A stretch of 64,000 bases of DNA, taken from contig CM000150.2 in NCBI GenBank assembly GCA_000004695.1, forward strand, positions 2,432,001 to 2,496,000. Reading direction: 5' to 3'. The translations under genes and the position numbers were made by a program. The notes beneath the pieces were generated by a model. It did no database searches. It was not told the origin of the DNA and worked only from the letters and a program-made list of their open reading frames with translations. Origin of the DNA: Dictyostelium discoideum (lineage: Eukaryota). Below are positions 13,906 to 28,300 of the stretch, one piece after another. How positions within the stretch are numbered: position 1 is the stretch's first letter; every line of letters begins with the position of its first letter.

Positions 13906-14880
13906 TTATTGATTAGGATTTGAAGGTTCAGTTTCATTTGTAATTGGATTAGTTGTAGTAGGATTTTGTTGATTTGATTGATCAGGGAAAGAAGTTGTTG
14001 ATAAAGTTGATGAGGTTATTGAATCAGTGATTGAATTTGTATTATTTGTATTATTTGAATCGGTGGTTGTTGTTGTTTCACCAGAACCATCAATAATTGG
14101 ATTTAAATTATCTTTATTTTCATTGTTACTATCAATTACTTCCAAGATGAAATTATGATTTGTATAGATACAGATATCAGCTGCAATTTTCATTGATCTT
14201 CTTGCGATTTCTTCAGGATCTAAATCTGGTACGGTTAGGAGGGCACGAGCAGCAGATAATGCAAAATCACCACCACTACCAATTGCGAGGATACCATCGT
14301 TTGGTTCTAAAACGTCACCATTACCATCGATATTTAATGTGATATCTTTATCGGCTACGATTAATGATGCTTCCAATCTTCTATAGTATTTATCAGTTCT
14401 CCATTGTTGTGCTAATTCAACACAACTCTTTAAGAGTAAACCACGATGTTCTGTTAATTTTCTTTCTAATAATTCAAAGAGTGTAAATGCATCTGCAACT
14501 GATCCTGCAAAACCTGCAATGATTTTACCATCTGATAACTTTCTAATCTTTTTTGCATTTGGTTTGACAATCGAGTGACCAAGTGTAACTTGACCATCAC
14601 CAATAATAACAACTTTACCATTTCTTCTAACTGATAAAATTGTAGTTGCTTTCATTCTATATGGATCAGAATGCATTGATCCTGCACCTGCACCAAGACC
14701 CCAATATTGTGGTGGTGGAAGTGGTGCTCCACCTGTATAATATCCACTTGTACCCGAACTTAATTTACTACTTTCAACTACAACATTACTTATATTACTA
14801 TTTCCTAAATTACCAATTATTGGACTTTTTTGTAATGATGGTATTAAATATTTACTTGATAATTTTGAAAAATTAAACAT
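13906..14880 (-). CDS. hslV: HslV (ClpQ) threonine-protease subunit homolog, with an N-terminal extension that looks like a mitochondrial presequence and a low-complexity C-terminal tail
   Basis: The core aligns nearly end-to-end with bacterial HslV: [101 protein letters not shown]...[30 protein letters not shown]...[13 protein letters not shown]. The catalytic Thr would be exposed if the ~75 aa N-terminal extension ([19 protein letters not shown]...MKA) were cleaved. The T/N-rich tail follows. Confidence 0.85.
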   Translation of the reverse strand: MFNFSKLSSKYLIPSLQKSPIIGNLGNSNISNVVVESSKLSSGTSGYYTGGAPLPPPQYWGLGAGAGSMHSDPYRMKATTILSVRRNGKVVIIGDGQVTLGHSIVKPNAKKIRKLSDGKIIAGFAGSVADAFTLFELLERKLTEHRGLLLKSCVELAQQWRTDKYYRRLEASLIVADKDITLNIDGNGDVLEPNDGILAIGSGGDFALSAARALLTVPDLDPEEIARRSMKIAADICIYTNHNFILEVIDSNNENKDNLNPIIDGSGETTTTTDSNNTNNTNSITDSITSSTLSTTSFPDQSNQQNPTTTNPITNETEPSNPNQ

Positions 14881-15180
14881 TTTTAAAATATGTTTATATT
14901 TGTAAAAAAAAAAATAAAAGAAAATGAAAATGAAAAAAAAAAAAAAAAAAAAAAAAAAATAAAATTTTCAAAAAAGTTTTTTTTTTAATTTAATTTATTT
15001 TATTTTGTTGCAGATTTCAATTATTTAAACAGTCCAAAATGTATATAAACTTTATTTTTTACCCAAAATGGTCAGATATATATTTTCAAGAAAATAGTAA
15101 ATTATCAATTTTTAAACTTTTAATTTTTGACTAATATTATTATTTATTTGATTTTTTTAAATTATTTTCAATTTCTTTAA

Positions 15181-16351
15181 TTAATTTTGTATCTTTGAAA
15201 AATCAATAACAATGCCACTTAGATGGTCAACTAAATTAATTTTAAAATTTGGACACATATTTGGTTGAATATTATAATTATTCCAATCAAAATATAAGAC
15301 ATTTAATCCAGTTGGTTCATTATTTGAATCTAATTCAATTGTTGAGTTTGGAATTAATGGTAATTGATTATCTGATTTAGGTGATAAACAATAATAATAA
15401 CAACCACCACGAGATGAATTTGAACCAATTCCATCAACTAATAAAGCAGTTTTAACACCAAAATTTATCCAATCAAATACTTTTCTTTTACAATAATTTA
15501 ATGAATCACCTTTTGATCTACATTCTAAAATAAAATGATTTGGTATTAACTTTTTAAATTTGATTTTATCATTATCATTTTCATTATAATTATCAGTATC
15601 ATTTTCATTTTCATTATCAGTTTCATAAAAAACTATATCTGGTTTCCTAAAATTTTTATTTTTTTTAGTTTTTAATTTTTATAATAATTAATTATTATTT
15701 TAATTTTTATATTATTTATAAATATAATAAATACCTAATACCAGAAGGAAGTAAATAAAATAAATTTGAATTTAAAATGAATTTACCTTTTAAATTATCT
15801 ATTGAAATTAATGAATTATTTAATTGATTATATAAATCAGAAATTTGAATATTAATATTAAATGAAATTAATCTAATATAAAGAATTGTTTTATTTAATG
15901 TTGTAATATGAAGATCTTTATTATTTGAGATTATTTTTTTAATTGATATTTGATTTGAACTAAAAAATGGTAACAAATTTGAGAAATATATAAAAGTTGA
16001 TGATGGTACTCCAATTAATGTATCATTAACAAATGAATTTCTATTTTCATTGGTTTCATTAAATTTTTTAAATTGTTTATTTGTTATTTTAAATGGTAAA
16101 TTAATTGAATATAAAAGTTTATTAAATTCATCTTCTTTTTCATTTTGTAAAATAATTTTATCATAATCAAAATCATTACTATTATTAATTATTTCATATC
16201 CTTTACTATATTGATTTGAAAAAACTAAAATTAAATTAATTAATAATAATTTTTTTTTTTTTTCATACAAAACAAATAACAAAAGAAATACTTTACAAAA
16301 TTTAATTTTTTTAATTATTCTTTTAAATTTAAATATTATCTTTTTACACAT
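15181..16351 (-). CDS. Hypothetical protein with a Uma2/DUF820-like PD-(D/E)XK nuclease-fold motif. Two exons, about 15736..16351 and 15181..15646.
   Basis: Exon 1 (ORF 15716..16351) ends ...LLPSGIR at a GTATTT donor. A TTTTAG acceptor leads to KPDIVFYETDNEN...LIPNHFILECRSKGDSLNYCKRKVFDWINFGVKTALLVDGIGSNS... This matches the Uma2 pattern P-[DN]-x-x-[IV]-E-[IV]-x-S-x-x-D...K...Y/F...GV.E/A.W/L.VD. The N-terminus looks like a signal/TM segment. Confidence 0.45.
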
Positions 16352-16674
16352 TCTATAACTTGTATTCTTAATTAAAATAAAAAAAAATAATTTTAAATTT
16401 ATTTTTATATATTATTTTTTTTTTTTTTTGTAATTTAAAAAGAAAGATCAAAAATTGGTTTTTTTTTTTTTTTATACTTTTTAAGTATTTTTTTTTTTTT
16501 GGAAATTAAAATTAAATGTTGAAAATAAATAAAATCAATAAAAGGAAATTTTTTTAAATCGAAATTTTAAAGATATTTTTTTATTTTTATTTTATAATTT
16601 TATAATACAAGTTCCTTTTTTATATTTTTTTTTTTTTGTTACAAAAAAAAAAATAAAAAAAATAAAATAATTGA

Positions 16675-16908
16675 TCAATCTCTAACCCTTGAAAAAACAA
16701 CGATGATTACAACCAAGGTTATCATAATTAAGATACAGGCAAAAATTAAAAGACAGTTTTTTTTAATACACAATGATACTGATAATTGCTCTTCTTTTAT
16801 TTCTTTGAAATCGGTTCCACTTTCATTTGAAACATCCAATGAAATTATATCATTTTTGTTTATAACAGTATTATTTTTTTCTTTTTCAATTTCAATAATT
16901 TCACCCAT
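16675..16908 (-). CDS. Small (77 aa) candidate tail-anchored membrane protein
   Basis: ATG at 16908 is preceded by an A-rich leader. The acidic N-terminus is followed by a single C-terminal hydrophobic segment, LLIFACILIMITLVVIIVVF, then SRVRD*. It could be a spurious ORF. Confidence 0.3.
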   Translation of the reverse strand: MGEIIEIEKEKNNTVINKNDIISLDVSNESGTDFKEIKEEQLSVSLCIKKNCLLIFACILIMITLVVIIVVFSRVRD

Positions 16909-17028
16909 TTCCTTTTTTTTTTTTTTTTTTTTTTTTTTTCTTTTTAAGAATTATTTTATTAAAAATTGTTTTTTTTAATTATTTATTAATTGTTTGGTTG
17001 TAATTAAATTTAAATTTTTTATTGACAA

Positions 17029-17139
<111 letters not shown>

Positions 17140-17935
17140 ATTATTATTATTAATATTATTTTAAAAATAAAAATTAAATAATAAAATAAAAAATAAGGAC
17201 AATAAATAAATAAAAAAAAATAAAATAAAATAAAACAAAATAAAAAAAAAAAAAAAAAAAAAAAAAAAGTAGTTTTGAATCTTTTTGAAGGTGATTGGTT
17301 TTTGTGTGAATGGTAATCATTTTTTTTATTTTGTAGAGTTAATTCAAATGGGAGTTATAAAAATATATTTTTTATTATTATTTTTTTTATTTTTATTATT
17401 TTTATTATTTTATTTTATACGAAAGGAATATTAGATGGCAAAAGAAATCAATGATTTTAGTTTGAGTAGGACAATTTGTGTGTTAGAAATGTATAAAAGT
17501 ACAAAAAACTAACACACACACCATGTGTTTTTTTGATTGAAAGATTCAATCACAATTTGAGTTTTAAAAGAAAATCACAAAATATTATGTTTTTATTTTT
17601 ATTTTTTTTTTTTTCTAACCACTTTTACACCCCTAATCAAATAGATTTATCATTATAAAACTGTTCTTTTATTATTTTTTTTATTTTTTTAAAAAATAAA
17701 CAATTTAAATTTTCCTTTCTATACTAATATTATTTCCTTTTTTTTTTATTTATAATTATTTTTTGGAAAAGTCAAACTTAATAGATTAATTATTATTATT
17801 ATAATTATAATTATTATTTTTATTATATTGTTATATTAATTATTTGTTATAATTATATATAAATTAATTTTATTTTAAATTTTAAATTTTTTTTTTATTT
17901 TTATTTTTTTTTTTTTAAAATTATTTTAATTTTAT

Positions 17936-19471
<1,536 letters not shown>

Positions 19472-19691
19472 TTAAATATATATATATATACAAAAGTGTA
19501 ATTAACCAATTGTTGAAAATTAAAAAATGAAAAAAAAAAAATAAAATAAAAAAAAATAAAAAAAAAAAAAAAAAAATAAATAAAAAAAAAAAAAAAAAAA
19601 AAAAATAAAAATAAAATTTGGAGAATAGGTTTTTTTTTTGTTTTAATTGAATAAAATTTTATAATTCCAAAAAAAAAGTAACAATTTTGGT

Positions 19692-19818
19692 TTAATCTTT
19701 ATTTTTTAATTTTCTTGGTATTCTACCAGGTCTTTTTGGGGTTGGAGTTGGTGCAGTTTCTTCATCGCTTAAGGGAGATGAGATTTGATCTTTGGAAGTT
19801 TCAATTGTACCATTGGTG

Positions 19819-19862
<44 letters not shown>

Positions 19863-21840
19863 TGAAGTTGAAATTGCATTTTGAACTTGACTAACGATAT
19901 CATTTTTGAAATCAGACATAAAAGATTCCAAATTATCCAATTTACTCTCGACACTAAAAATTTTATTAGATAAAGCATCAATTGGATAAAGTTTTTTCAT
20001 AAATGCTCCACCTACACTTGAACCAGAGGTAGAGTTTGAACTATTTTGTTGATTCGATGATTGTTGGCCAGATTGTTGTTGCTGCTGATTATTTTGTTGT
20101 TGTTGATTTAATTGTAATTGTAATTGTAATTGTTGAGTTTGTTTTTGTTGAATATCATCACCCAACTTTTTAACGTTATCGAAAAGTTTTGAAAAGTTAT
20201 CGCTTGTATACAAATGATTATTATAATAGGTGGTTGCATTTGCACCGATTGAACCTTTAAGATTTTTAATTTCAGACATAATTTGATCCAATTTAAAGTT
20301 TTGATTCGATTCAATTGAACGTACATCATTCTTTACTTGTTGAATATCATTTTTAAATGAACCTAATTGACCTTGAACATTATCCAACAATGAGGAGAAA
20401 CCATCCAAAATACGATTTTCAAAGTTATTCATTCTCTTTATGATATCTTCATTCAGTTTCTTATCTAACAATGCGAATCTCTTATCCATTTCACTCTCTG
20501 ATTTCTTCCATAAATAATCATGTTTACCCAATACATCCTTTTTCAAATTATGGACTTCATTCTTTAATGAATCCATTTCTTTTCTTTTATTTTCCGAATT
20601 CTTACTATGTGAACTATTTTTCTTTTGAATTTCTGTCATCAATGAAAAACTACTCTTTGTAATTAATTCTTTAAATTTATTAAAATCACCTGTTAAATCT
20701 GTTTGTTGATTATTATTATTATTATTATTTTGACTATTATTATTATTATTATTATTTCTATTTAATATTCTATTTTCATTTGACTTATTAGATATGTTTG
20801 AAACAGTAGTTGTGGTGGTTGGTGGTATTGTTGTTGATGATGATGATAAAGGAACAACTGATTTTTCATCCTTTTCAATTGCTTTTTCAATAGCATTTGA
20901 TGATGAATCAATTTTAGTTTCTGAAATAATTGGAGTAGTATTTGTACTACCAAATTGATTTGAATTTTGTACAGGTTCTTCATTTTGTTGACTATTTTCT
21001 TTTTGTTGACTATCTTCTTTTTGTTGTTCTGTTGATTCAATGAAATCTTTGTTTTCCTCAGTTGGCATATCAATTGATTCAATCTTATCCTTATTTTCAT
21101 TATCTTCATTATTATTGATATTATCAATGATTGTTAAATTATCGTTGCTTTGATTGTTTTCATAGTTGTTATTATTAATATTATTAATATTATTATCATC
21201 ATCATTATTACTATTATTGTTATTAATATAATAATTATTATTATCATTAACTTCTTGACCATTTTCATCTTTCATTTGATCATTTTCTTGTTGATTTTCG
21301 TCAATGACAGGATTGAGATCATAATTATCAGTTTTAACATCAACATTCATATCATCAAATTCTTGATAAACATTTTCTTCATTATCATCTTTTTGACTGT
21401 TATTATAATCATTATTGTTATTACCAATATTATCATCATTGCTATTTTTCACACTACTATTATTTTCATTATATTCCATATCCATATTATAATTATTATT
21501 ATTAATACTATTTCTATTACTATTATTGATATTATTACTGTTATAATCTTTATCTCTATCATCATTATCAGATTTATTATCAATGAAATCGTTATCGTCA
21601 TTGAAACTACTAGTTTTAGTTAAAGAAATTGATGGTGTATCATTGATGGTATTATCATTTGACAAAATAGAAATTTGTCTCTTATTCGAGTCCAAATCTT
21701 CAGCCGAGCTATTAATTAATCTACTACTATTTACATTTGCTGAGATTGAAGAAGAGTTTAACCTTTCATTATTTCTTGATCTTGATCTCGATCTTGTTCT
21801 TGATCTTGATTTTGATCTATCTCTATCTTTTTCATTATCG

Positions 21841-21876
<36 letters not shown>

Positions 21877-22775
21877 GTAATATTATTATTGTTATTATTA
21901 TTATTATTATTATTGTTATGATAATGATAATTATTATTATTATTATTATTGCCATTATAGCTGTATCTCTTATTGTTAATATTATTATTATCATAAGATT
22001 TATTATTATTATAATTGTTGTTATAATTATTATTATTATAACCACCGACTGTATTTCTTCTATTATTATAATTATTATTTATGTTATTATTATTTTTATA
22101 GTTATTATTATAGTTGCTATTACTATTATTACTACTATTACTATTATTAGTATGATAATGTGGATCTTTGGTTGGAGTTAGTCTTGATCTTGAATTACTT
22201 CTAGATCTTGATCTACCACGACTTGAAGAACCATTAACCAACCCATTTGGAGGACTTTTACTTCTTTCTCTACCTCTATCAACATAATTTGAAGAGTTTC
22301 TTAAATTATTATTGTTGTTATTTGATTTATAATTACTATTATAATTATTGTTATTATTATTATTATTATTATTATAACCATTATTGTTATAATTAGTATC
22401 ATCTCTAGTTGTGCCTCTTTCTTTATAATTATTTAAATATGACGATGAAAAATAACTATTATTATTACTATTATTGTTACTATTATTATTATTGTTATTA
22501 TTAATATTGCTATTATAACTATTATTATTATTATTATTATTATAATTATATTTATTTGGACTTCTTGATCTACTTCTTTCATTATCATTTTCATATCTTA
22601 TTCTTTTTCTACTTGGTGAAGCTGATCCTTTTTTTCAATGATCAAGTATTGAATTAAATTTGAATTTGAATTAAATTGAAAGGAAGAGGGTAAAGAAGAG
22701 GAATAAATAATAAAATAAATAATAAATTAAATAAAATAAAAAATTTTTGAAATTAGTTCCATGAATATTGTAAAT

Positions 22776-22808
<33 letters not shown>

Positions 22809-23913
22809 ATAATTATAAATGATATGAGAATGTAATGTAAAATGATAATGATAATGGAATGATAATGAATAACAACAAAATCTTCAAATAACATTTTTTT
22901 TTTTTTTTTTTTTTTGAAATGAGAGAAATGATAATTTTTTTTTAAAAATAAAACATACTTGTTCTACCTCTTGAAGGTGAATAACCACGAGAACCTGGAG
23001 CATTTGCATAGTTAACTTTTAAAAATTTACCATGAAAATCCCATTGATGATACTTATCGATTGCTTTTTCAGCATCTTCACTTGATTGATACTCAATGAA
23101 TGCAAAATATTTCTTTTCATCGAAATGACTTTTCATAATTGGACCAATTTCTTGAAACAATTGTAATAATTCACTTGGTGATGTATTTTCACTATAACCA
23201 CCAACATATAATCTTGACTTAGGAAAGTTACTATTTACACTAAAATAAGATGAATTATTATTATTATTGTTGTTGTTATTATAACTATTATTATTATGAT
23301 TGTCATATGGTTTTGAGTAACTATTACTATTTGATAATGATGATGATGATGAGTTTGTTGAATTATTAGAATCATTGCTATCATAATTATAATTAAAATT
23401 ATTTGGTTTGGCTGGATTCTTATAAGATGAAGCATAATCTATAAATAATTTCTTTCCTTTGAAAGTAGCTTTATTTAATGATTCTTTAGCTTCATCGGCT
23501 TGTTCAAGTGTTTCATATTCCTATAGATTAGAAAAAGAAAAAAAAAAAAGAAAAAAAAAAGAGAGAGGAGAGATAAAATAAAAATAAAAAAAAAAAAAAA
23601 GAGAGATAAAAAAAAAAATAAAAATAAAAATAAAAATTTTACGTTAATTTTTTTTTTTTTTTTTTTTTTTTCTCCATAAAAAAAAAAAAAAAAAAATACT
23701 TACGACAAATGCATATGGTCCTTTTGGATGAGTTTCAACAATTGAATGATTTTTGATTTTACCATACTTTGAAAATAAGTCAAGAAAATCTCTTTCATTG
23801 ACAGGTCTATCGATATTTCTAATATAGAGATTTGAAGCTGGAGGATGAGGTTTAGTTTTATCTTGAATCTTATGAGAGTTCTTATATTTATTATATTTAT
23901 AATCACTATCCAT
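19692..23913 (-). CDS. Two-RRM RNA-binding protein with an RS-like region, a very long N-rich region and a C-terminal coiled coil. Three exons, about 23704..23913, 22959..23520 and 19692..22627; total ~1,240 aa.
   Basis: Exon 1: MDSDYKYNKY...SNLYIRNIDRPVNERDFLDLFSKYGKIKNHSIVETHPKGPYAFV (RNP2/RNP1 of RRM1), with a GTAAGT donor. Exon 2 continues RRM1 (EYETLEQADEAKESLNKATFKGKKLFIDYA) and carries RRM2 (SRLYVGGYSENTSPSELLQLFQEIGPIMKSHFDEKKYFAFIEYQSSEDAEKAIDKYHQWDFHGKFLKVNYA), with a GTATGT donor. Exon 3 starts with RSASPSRKRIRYENDNERSRSRSP, in the same frame as track ORF 19692..22241. That ORF's M is actually a TTG, and the frame is open up to 22634. The C-terminus has heptad repeats (...MDKRFALLDKKLNEDIIKRMNNFENRILDGF...). 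Confidence 0.6.
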
Positions 23914-24627
23914 TTTTATTCGTAAAATTGTAATCAATTGGATTGATAATTTAAATTGTAATTGAATGAAAATAATTTCGATAATAATAATGAAAAAAAA
24001 AAAAAAAAAATGGAATTTGTTTTTTTATTTTATTTTTTTTTTACGAAATAATGAAACAATTTAAAATTTTTTTGTAGTTGTTTTCAATTTAAATTGTTCT
24101 TTTGTAATTGTGTTTTTTTGTTGAAAAGAATTGAAATTGATTTTTAAAATCTTTTAATTGTTTTTTGTTTTTAAAGATCCAAAAAAAAAAAAAAAAAAAA
24201 AAGAAATTAATTGAACAAATGATTTATTTCACACGTTTGTATTTAATTTGAAAAATTCTATACTTGGTTGCTTGCTATTTATAGATCTCTTTATTATACA
24301 AATATTTGTATTTGTTATTTATTTCTGTGGAAAAGAGTAAGTCAAACAATGACTTTTTTTTTTTTTTTTTTTCAAAAAAAAGTAAAAAATTGAAAAATTT
24401 TAAAAAAAAAAAAAAAAAAAAAAAAATAAAAATAAAAATAATAATTGAATTGTAACTGCAAATGAAAATAAATAAAAATAAAAATAAAAAATAAAATAAA
24501 AAATTAAAAATAATAATAAACAATTGTTTTTATTTATTAATATAATTTAAAAATAGTTATTGTTGAATTTTATTTTTATTTTTTTATTTTATTTTTTTTT
24601 TTTACTAAAAAATCCATACCGGTAAAA

Positions 24628-25286
24628 TTAAATTGGAGTTGGATTATTTATATTGGAATTATTTGAAACATTAGAATTATTATTATTATTATTTAGATTA
24701 TTATTATTATTATTGTTTGGATTAGAAGTATTTCCAGTATTATTAGAATTATTTGAAGGTGAAACTGAAGATTGTTGAACAGCTTTAATAATTTCGGATT
24801 GCAAATTACGTAAAGATTGTAAATCATCTCTTTTTTCTGGAAAATAAGATAAAAATTCATTTAAACTTTCAACTGAAGCACTTAGAATATGAAGATGTGG
24901 AGCCAAAGCGGCCGATGAAGATTTACTTAATTGTCTCTTCATTTTAAGTATTACTTTGAAAACACCATGTTTGAAGAGATTGAAATAGAATAATGTTGCC
25001 AATTGTGATGGTAATTGACCAACTTGTTTCTTTAAACCATATAATACCAATTCATTTGTTATATGATGAAGATCAAATAAAAGTTTTTGGTAAGATTCAT
25101 GGAATATTGATTGTTGATGATGTTGATCATTTGATGGTGATGGCGATTCATTATCGTTATCATTCTCTAAAATATCAAATATATTTTCCAATTCTTTTAA
25201 TTCCTCATTTGTAAGTTTAGTTGATCCAAATATTCCACTTGTAGTTGAAATATTTGTATTTATTATTGAACTATTTCCACTACTAC

Positions 25287-25329
<43 letters not shown>

Positions 25330-28300
25330 GTTGTTATTATTGTTATTGCTATTACTAATTACAGAACTATTTGAAATTATATTACCACTTGCAACTGTAG
25401 AATTATTTCCACCAATATTAGATGACACTGATGAAGATGATGATGATGAAGAAGATGATGATGATGATATAGTATTTTGAATTGGTGCATTCCAATTTGA
25501 ATCAGAATTTGTAATTAAAGATAATAAAGAAGAAGATTTCATTAATAAAGAATTTTGTGAACTATTTAAACCACCTGAACTATTTAATTGTTGTTGTTGT
25601 TGTTGTAATTGATGTTGAAGTTGTTGTTGCTGTTGTTGTTGTTGTTGTTGTTGTAATTGTTGTTGTAATTGTTGTTGTAATTGTTGTTGTTGTTGTTGTA
25701 ATTGTTGTTGTTGATTATTAGTTTGAATACAATAGAGATAAAGACTATACCAAAACTTTTTAAATTTACGAATGAATTTAGTGATCAATTGCTCCAATGA
25801 TCTATAATGATAACCACCTTTCAAACCTGAACTTGCAGAGAATGAAGTCAATTGACCAGTGGTAATACGTAATGAGATTACATATTTCTCAGTTAAACTA
25901 TGTTTATTATAAACGATGATATGCTCTTCCAAGTATTTCTCTTTCAACAATAGATTAGTATGTTCTAGGATCGCTGGAATATTTGGACGAACTGTAATAC
26001 AACTAGATGTCATTGGATCAATTGAAATTACACCATTACTTGGTGGATCAATAATAAAGAAGATTGTATTTGCTTTAACAACAATTGATAATGGGTCACT
26101 AAAACTATTATAAATTGAAATCTCTCTAATAATTTGTGAACTACCACTTGAATCATCAAATTCAAAATCAACTTTTTTACTACCACTAGTACCTGTACTC
26201 ATTGATGATTTACTAGATGTTGTTGTCATTGTTGTATTTGTTGATGTTGTTGTTGTTGTTGTTGTGGTTGCTGCTATATTTGGTTCATTTGATTTTCTAA
26301 TCTCATCTTTATTTAAAATAAAATTACTATCATTTAGTTGTTGTTGTTGTTGTTTTTCTTTTTCTTTTTCTTTTTCTTTATCTTTTTCTTTTTCTTTATC
26401 TTTTTCATCTTTCATAATGATTTTACCTTTAAAAACTATATTTTGATCAGATAATTTCATTTGTGGATATCTACAAGTTGCTGATAGTGTAATGATTTGT
26501 TGATAATCACGAATTAATCTACAATTTAAAAAGATTTTAATATCTTTTTGAGTGAAAGATGTATTGTTTGTAGGATTTGATGAAGATGGAACATGGAAAT
26601 AAACGAAAACTTTAACTTGACTATTTGGTTCTACATAGAGTGTATTGAATTGACGTAAATAGGAACGAGATAATGAGAAACAAACTTCGGTTGGATCATT
26701 TGGTGATAAAGAAGTACTTAGCATGAAATCCAATGGCATTGAAGAAGAATTTGAAACAATGAATGATCTATCGGTATAGGTGATATTATAGAAAACGTCA
26801 CCCAAATTGATTATTGGTGCCGAGTTTTGTTTACCTTCAACCAAAACACTGAAATGTGAATTTTGTTTAACAACGACATCAAATGTGATTTGAATGGTTT
26901 TGATATCAGCTGGATTATTACGATTTTCAATGATTAGATAAGTGGAATACATATCGATACGTTTTGTTGAAAAGTTCACTGTGATAATATGACGACCATG
27001 TGGTTCGATTTTACCAGAGTTTCTACTTAAATTTAACCAAGTATCATCATTATCTTTCATAGAGTAAATTGAATATTCAACTGGTTTAACTGATAAATTC
27101 TCTAATGTTAATTCCCATGGTATTGATCCAGATGAAAACTCTTGTTGACTTAGATGAATTTCATAACAATTCTTTAATCTTTGAATTGGTGTACAACCCC
27201 TTAATGATAATTTTGGTAATTTATTTAAATTTATAATTGATCCTGTTGAAATTGGATCATTAACTATAATTGGTGTAATAATTTGATTATTAATATTATT
27301 ATTATTTGATGTTGTAGTTATTGTTGATGATGATGATGTTGAAGTAGTTGCAATTGGTTGAGTGTTATTTATAATTGAACCATCTTTATTATTAGATAAT
27401 AATGAAATATCATTAATATTTGAACTATTTGGAATTGATTGTGAACTAATTGTAATTGGTGTTGATACTGATGATGTTGATGGTGTATTATTATTTGATA
27501 ATAATTGTTGTTGTTGTTGTTGTTGTTGTAATTGTTGTTGTTGTTGTTGTTGTTTTAATTCACTTAAATTTGAAGATGGTGAGGTTGGATTTGGAATTGG
27601 TTTATAATTACCAACTAAATTAATATTAACTTTTTGAGTTTCATTATTTAAAGTATCTAAAGCAGTTACAATTACAACAAAAGATGAAGAAGGTGGTATA
27701 TCATCAATACCATTTAAATCGATAACAACATTAACATTCATTAGTTCATTTGGTGGTATTTCACCCTCTTCTGGGGATAATTTTACACAACTTGTTGGTA
27801 ATAACCATTGATTTTGATTGAAAACCGATTCAACTTTAAATGTTAATGAATAATGACTACTGGTATTCTTAATTTTGAAATAATCATCCAATGTTGTCAA
27901 GAGAGATTGTTCTTCACCCTCTTTATTTGTGATACGAGAGATAACATTGAAATTCAAACGATTAATTGATAGAGAGAAATAATGGCCAGGTAAGATTGTA
28001 CCTTTCAATGGAATCACCTCGATTGGATAAATTGAAGTATTCAAAATGATCTTACCAAATGTTGTTAATTCTTCAAATGATCTTTCACGTAGTTTTGAAT
28101 CTGGACGTGGTCTAGCACGAATTCTAACTTCAATCACTTCTTGTGGACGTAATGAAAATGATGGTATTGGTGTATTTGATGTTTTGTGAACTAATTCCAC
28201 CATAATTAACTCTGAAAATTGTGGTAATAAATCAACTTCAGTTTGAATTTTCAATGATTTATTAGATGTATTTTCAATTGTAAACCATTCATCAGATTGA

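Noticed and set aside
21150-22181. Plus-strand poly-Ile/Leu ORFs (21150..21623, 21583..21921, 21918..22181)
   Set aside because: They are antisense to the (AAT)n-rich exon 3 of the RRM gene and are low-complexity artefacts.
22942-23160. 72 aa ORF listed as a separate protein (MFQEIGPIM...)
   Set aside because: It is not an independent gene. It is the 3' half of exon 2 (RRM2) of the 19692-23913 gene, and its listed start is a non-ATG codon.
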